Assembly (NCBI GenBank): GCA_022340645.1
Contig: JAJDNP010000153.1
Location: 6,422-70,421, forward strand
DNA from: Gammaproteobacteria bacterium
Lineage (GTDB): Bacteria; Pseudomonadota; Gammaproteobacteria; SZUA-229
Direction: 5' to 3'
DNA: 64,000 bases
Each line of letters begins with the position of its first letter. Position 1 is the first letter of the stretch. Under the pieces are notes generated by a model that ran no database searches, was not told the DNA's origin, and saw nothing but the letters and a program-made list of their open reading frames with translations. A program made the translations under genes and the position numbers. This document shows, in pieces, positions 60,065 through 64,000 of the stretch.

Positions 60065-60994
60065 TCATTGCACCGGCGAGATGAAACCTGACGGTTTAAC
60101 GGTTAATGCTGCTGCCCTGGTTTTCCTCAGAACTTCTTCGGCTGTGTTGCCAATAAACAGACCTGGGATACCGACTCTGCCAAGCGTACCCATAACGATC
60201 AGGTCAATATTCTGGTGAGTGACTGCATCAGAAATAACCTCTGTAGCCCGGCCTTTTATCAGATGAACATTATCTGCCTGACTGGACATGTTAAAGGAGG
60301 ATAACAGCTCATCCAGAGCCTTGCGGTGATGTTGCTCTTTTCTCTCAAGGATTAAATCAAGCTCGTGACGCGGTATCCGTCCACGACCGCTGGCGAGCAA
60401 AGATTCACCAGGCAGGTCCCAGGCATGCACCACTTCAAGTGATACCTGTTCCTGGGCAGCAATCGAGGTAGCCAGATCCATAATCAGATGTTGTAAATCA
60501 AGCGATTTATCGTCTAGCGGATCAACGGCCGCAAGTATTCGATGATAAACCGGCTCGTTTTGTAAATGGTCAATCCATACCGGGCAAGGACACTTGCGCA
60601 GTAGATGCATATCGGTGCTGCCAAAAAGTGAGGTTGCCAGTGTGGTATCATGTTGCGCCACTTTCACTACCAGGTCGTGGTTTTCCTGCTGCACGCTACG
60701 GATGACTTCAATAAAGGGGATGCCGGTGACTACCCTGGTAGCAACAGGCACACCAATATTTAAATGCGATGCCGTGAGCTGTTCTAGCGACTGCGATCGC
60801 TGCTCTCTTAGCTGGGCGTTAAGATTAATGTCGTATGTCTGGTTGAAATAATCTGCCAGCCCGGAGTCGGGGGTCACATCCATGATGGTGAGGCGTGCGT
60901 TGTTGGCTTTTGACAATGCAATAACTCTACTGAGAGTAGAGGTGAGACCGTCGTGACGGTCGGCAAAAAACAGGATGTTTTTAAAGCGTTTCAT
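60065..60994 (-). CDS. Tandem-domain universal stress protein (UspE-like, 2x UspA)
   Basis: 309 aa with two Usp-type domains each ending in G-x2-G-x9-G-S-like motifs (MGTLGRVGIPGLFIGNTAEEVL); ATGA overlap with upstream antiporter-like gene. Confidence 0.75.
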   Translation of the reverse strand: MKRFKNILFFADRHDGLTSTLSRVIALSKANNARLTIMDVTPDSGLADYFNQTYDINLNAQLREQRSQSLEQLTASHLNIGVPVATRVVTGIPFIEVIRSVQQENHDLVVKVAQHDTTLATSLFGSTDMHLLRKCPCPVWIDHLQNEPVYHRILAAVDPLDDKSLDLQHLIMDLATSIAAQEQVSLEVVHAWDLPGESLLASGRGRIPRHELDLILERKEQHHRKALDELLSSFNMSSQADNVHLIKGRATEVISDAVTHQNIDLIVMGTLGRVGIPGLFIGNTAEEVLRKTRAAALTVKPSGFISPVQ

Positions 60995-62583
60995 GATTTT
61001 CCTCCGGTCAGACTTAAAGCAAAGCGAATCAGGTTTCTGAAATTATTATTCAGTTGGCAAATCAATGTCTTAATTTTGCTGTTTACCCTGCATGTGAAGG
61101 CACGTATATACAGCCGGGCTGACGCGCCCAGTGTCATCATTGGAAACAGCAGGTCTCCTGCAGGTATCAAACCTGGCAGCGAGTACATCCATGGCGGACG
61201 AATATATAAAAGCAGAAGCGAACCAGTAATCACAGCTGCCAGTGGCCAGCTGTCAATCACCGGTGAAAAAGAATGGTCGAGAAGGAAAGGCACAAAGATG
61301 AGCAAAGCGACCAGGCAAACCCAGGGTAAAGCGATGCTGAATGATTTTTTTGGACGCAATGACAGCTCAACTGACATTATTACCAGGAAGCGCACCATAA
61401 GCATTGCAGTGGCGAAGCTGGAAGTCAGTAATAATATCGGCAGGACGTGAATCCACTCTCCCTGCCAGTTATCAATAACCGGCCTGATTACTGTTTTCAT
61501 CATTGAACCGGCAGTAAAGGGCGCTGCTGCCAGCACCAGCGCTGGAAGCAGCAATAACATAAAAGTCAGTTTTGAATTGATTGCTTTGACTATACCAATG
61601 CCAAGAAACAGGGCGCTTTTGGCGAGACCATGATAGGCCGCGAGAAAGACCACGGCCATTACGATGTACTCAGACTGTTCCGGCGCCAGCATGGCAAGTC
61701 CGATCAAGCTGGTCATAAAGCCCATTTTGCTGATGCTCGAATAGGCCAGCACCGTTTTAGCTTTGCTCTGCACGAGACCAGCAACAGCACCGAAAACTAT
61801 GCTTGCTGTGCCAGCGATCACCAGCAGGCTGCCCCATTCAGGCAGTGTTTCCTGTCCAACAGGCAGGTAACGTATCCAGCCGAGCAAGGCGACGTTTATC
61901 ATGGCGCCGCTTAACACGGCGCTGGCCGGGATCGGCGCTGCCGTATACGTCAATGGCAGCCAGACATGTAAAAAGACCAATCCGGCTTTGATGCCCAGAC
62001 CGAGGATTAAGAAGCCGATTGCCCAGTTGCTGATGCCTGCTAATTGCCCTGCAGCGGGAGCCAGTGAACCGGTATGACTGTAGATGAACAGGAAGCCGGC
62101 AAGCAGCGCGGATTCAGCAAGTAATGTCATGATCAGATAAACACGACCGGCAAATAAAGACTTGCTGGTCGCCGAATGGATCACCAGGGCATAGGCGGAC
62201 AGACCCATAAGGCTGAAGCCCAGGTAGAAATTAACCATATCCTGGCTGAGAATGAGCCAGAAGTTACCACTCATCGCCAGCAGGAAAAAGAAGCGAAAGC
62301 GCGCCCACAGCGGTGCATTGCGCATGGTTAACTCGGCCTGCAAACCGGCGACAAACCATATTACGGCGCTAAACATAAGGAAGATGCTGGCGTTGTGATC
62401 AAGGCCAAAGTGTGAGCCGAGAAATAGCCAGGGAATTTGCACAACCGTGCCTGCTGGCACGAAAAAGGCGGTTATCAAAGCTGGAACGGCAGCCAGTGAA
62501 GCCGGCCAGTGGCGATTAAATAACGCCAGCGGTGCTACCAGTAAAGGCAGCAGCCAGCTTAATATCAGTAACTGTTCGTTCAT
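60991..62583 (-). CDS. Complex I subunit L/M/N-family / MrpD-like proton-translocating antiporter-type membrane subunit
   Basis: Start set at MNEQLLILSWLLPLL (ATGA overlap with upstream stop); ~14 TM with conserved antiporter-module residues (LHVWLP, SSISKMGF, AYHGLAKSALFLGIG). Confidence 0.75.
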   Translation of the reverse strand: MNEQLLILSWLLPLLVAPLALFNRHWPASLAAVPALITAFFVPAGTVVQIPWLFLGSHFGLDHNASIFLMFSAVIWFVAGLQAELTMRNAPLWARFRFFFLLAMSGNFWLILSQDMVNFYLGFSLMGLSAYALVIHSATSKSLFAGRVYLIMTLLAESALLAGFLFIYSHTGSLAPAAGQLAGISNWAIGFLILGLGIKAGLVFLHVWLPLTYTAAPIPASAVLSGAMINVALLGWIRYLPVGQETLPEWGSLLVIAGTASIVFGAVAGLVQSKAKTVLAYSSISKMGFMTSLIGLAMLAPEQSEYIVMAVVFLAAYHGLAKSALFLGIGIVKAINSKLTFMLLLLPALVLAAAPFTAGSMMKTVIRPVIDNWQGEWIHVLPILLLTSSFATAMLMVRFLVIMSVELSLRPKKSFSIALPWVCLVALLIFVPFLLDHSFSPVIDSWPLAAVITGSLLLLYIRPPWMYSLPGLIPAGDLLFPMMTLGASARLYIRAFTCRVNSKIKTLICQLNNNFRNLIRFALSLTGGKS

Positions 62584-63980
62584 AACCCATATTCCCGTCT
62601 GGTAATAAGGCTGGCCCACTCCAGTGGGCTGTATGGCGAGGCAGCAAACATGCCAGCGGCAATAGCAAGCACTGCGGTTATCAGCGGTGGCCAGAGTAAG
62701 GCGGCCTGAGTTTCAAAGCGGGCTGGCAGTATTTTCTCACTGGGCCATTTTGTGGCTGGCTGTTTAAACCAGGCCCGATAGAGTATTGGCAGAAAATAAG
62801 CCGCATTGAGCAGGCTGCTGGTAACCAGAACCGGCATCACCCACCATGCCATACCTGCCTCCAGGGAACCCAGCGCCAGATACCATTTGCTGACATAACC
62901 AGCTACCGGTGGTATGCCGATCATACCGAGGGCACCGATACTGAAGGCCAGGGTGGTCGCCGGCATCCGCTGACCGACACCGTCCATTTCACTTACCTTG
63001 TGAATACCCAGGGTTTCGGCGTAGTTGCCGGCAGTAAAGAACAACGTAATCTTCATGACGCCCTGGTGAACCAGGTGCACGATACCGCCGATGGTGCCGA
63101 TCGGGCCGAGGATGGTGATACCGAGAGCAATGTAGGAAACCTGGCTCACGGTAGAGTAGGCCAGGCGTTTTTTCAGATTATCCTGTGATAACGCCTTTAC
63201 CGAGCCGTAAATAATCGTTATCGCTGCGATGATTCCCAGGCCGGTCAAAAGCCCCAGTTCATGAGTAAACTCGACCCCATACACATCATAGACCACGCGA
63301 ATAATGCCGAAAGCACCGGCTTTGACTACTGCCACCGCATGCAGTAAGGCGCTCACCGGCGCGGGCGCTACCATCGCCTGCGGTAGCCAGCCATGTAAAG
63401 GCACCAGCGCTGCTTTTACACCCAGACCTGTTATCATTAACAGGAAAATAACCTTGAGCTGAGGATGATAATCAGCATGTAACTGATTTAATGTACCACC
63501 CTCCACGAAAGCAATCGATCCGGCAATGCTATGTAACCACACCGTGCCGGTGAATAGCAGGACACCGCCGGTCAGGGTGTAAGCAAGATAGATGCGTGCG
63601 CCACGTAATGCTTCCGGGGTGCCACGGTGAGCAACCAGCGGATAGGTCGCCAGTGTTAACAGCTCGTAAAACAGCACGAAAGTGAGCAGGTTGCCAGCCA
63701 GTGCCAGTCCCACCGTTGCAGAAACGCAGACACTGAAAAAACCGAAAAAGCGGCTGCGATGCGGTGATTTTTCAAGGTAACCAATTGCGTACACTGTTGT
63801 TACCAGCCACAACACGGTGGACAGGATGACAAACAATACCGACAACGTATCGGCATGCAGCACCAGCTCCAGGCCAGGCGCCAGAGTCCAGCGCGTCTCG
63901 TAGATATGTTGGTGAAATACACCCCAGGTGATGACGCCAACCAGTAGCAGCTTGAGTAAGGCTCCACTCATATTGAGCAC
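62580..63980 (-). CDS. Complex I subunit L/M/N-family / MrpD-like antiporter-type membrane subunit (may extend beyond window)
   Basis: 466 aa with LHGWLP, AYSTVSQVSYI, HLVHQGVMKITLFF motifs of the NuoM/MrpD family; reading frame stays open to window end so the true start may lie upstream of 63980. Confidence 0.7.
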   Translation of the reverse strand: MLNMSGALLKLLLVGVITWGVFHQHIYETRWTLAPGLELVLHADTLSVLFVILSTVLWLVTTVYAIGYLEKSPHRSRFFGFFSVCVSATVGLALAGNLLTFVLFYELLTLATYPLVAHRGTPEALRGARIYLAYTLTGGVLLFTGTVWLHSIAGSIAFVEGGTLNQLHADYHPQLKVIFLLMITGLGVKAALVPLHGWLPQAMVAPAPVSALLHAVAVVKAGAFGIIRVVYDVYGVEFTHELGLLTGLGIIAAITIIYGSVKALSQDNLKKRLAYSTVSQVSYIALGITILGPIGTIGGIVHLVHQGVMKITLFFTAGNYAETLGIHKVSEMDGVGQRMPATTLAFSIGALGMIGIPPVAGYVSKWYLALGSLEAGMAWWVMPVLVTSSLLNAAYFLPILYRAWFKQPATKWPSEKILPARFETQAALLWPPLITAVLAIAAGMFAASPYSPLEWASLITRREYGL

Positions 63981-64000
63981 GGTACGCAGGCGGTGGCTGC

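Overview
This is a ~50% GC, gammaproteobacterial-type chromosomal segment that mixes housekeeping genes with several accessory modules. It has no rRNA, tRNA or CRISPR.

Housekeeping genes I can support:
- the rimB-like/rimK pair at the left edge
- mgtE and a Na/Pi-cotransporter-family gene
- gltA (citrate synthase) and oxyR
- a GldA/GldF-GldG-type ABC-2 exporter with a DUF4340 partner
- degQ/htrA

Accessory content, left to right:
1. A membrane-anchored five-haem c-type cytochrome with a TPR tail, followed by a CRTAC1 (FG-GAP/ASPIC-UnbV) lipoprotein and flanked by a secreted TPR protein.
2. Two copies of a ~155 bp miniature inverted-repeat element in convergent intergenic gaps, and a (CAAAAA)n microsatellite.
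3. An AraC regulator next to a low-GC islet of three orphan small ORFs.
4. A pirin / Xi-class GST (YqjG-like) / DoxX / LysR redox module.
5. Envelope-lipid remodelling genes: LpxR-like, two MipA/OmpV proteins, the haem-containing fatty-acid cis/trans isomerase Cti, and LapA.
6. A complete nine-gene N-type ATPase operon (atpD-C-Q-R-B-E-F-A-G). Its c-subunit has a two-carboxylate ESTxxY signature, and a decayed P-type ATPase N-terminal stub sits next to it.
7. A KtrB/TrkH-KtrA/TrkA K+ uptake pair.
8. A translationally coupled eight-gene cfa cluster: Cfa, DUF1365, FAD oxidoreductase, lipocalin, periplasmic protein, DUF1295, DUF2878 and a second Cfa-like methyltransferase.
9. A solitary HNH endonuclease with a Cys-rich micro-ORF and an 11-bp tandem repeat.
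10. A rhodanese / persulfide dioxygenase pair.
11. An NhaR-like regulator and, at the right edge, two tandem MrpD/NuoL-like antiporter subunits coupled to a tandem universal stress protein.

Stop/start ATGA overlaps recur across the operons. The ORF track uses GTG/TTG as well as ATG starts, so several start coordinates were re-evaluated by hand; the minus-strand ORFs checked on their first codon all begin with ATG except the QEGLA gene, which begins with GTG.
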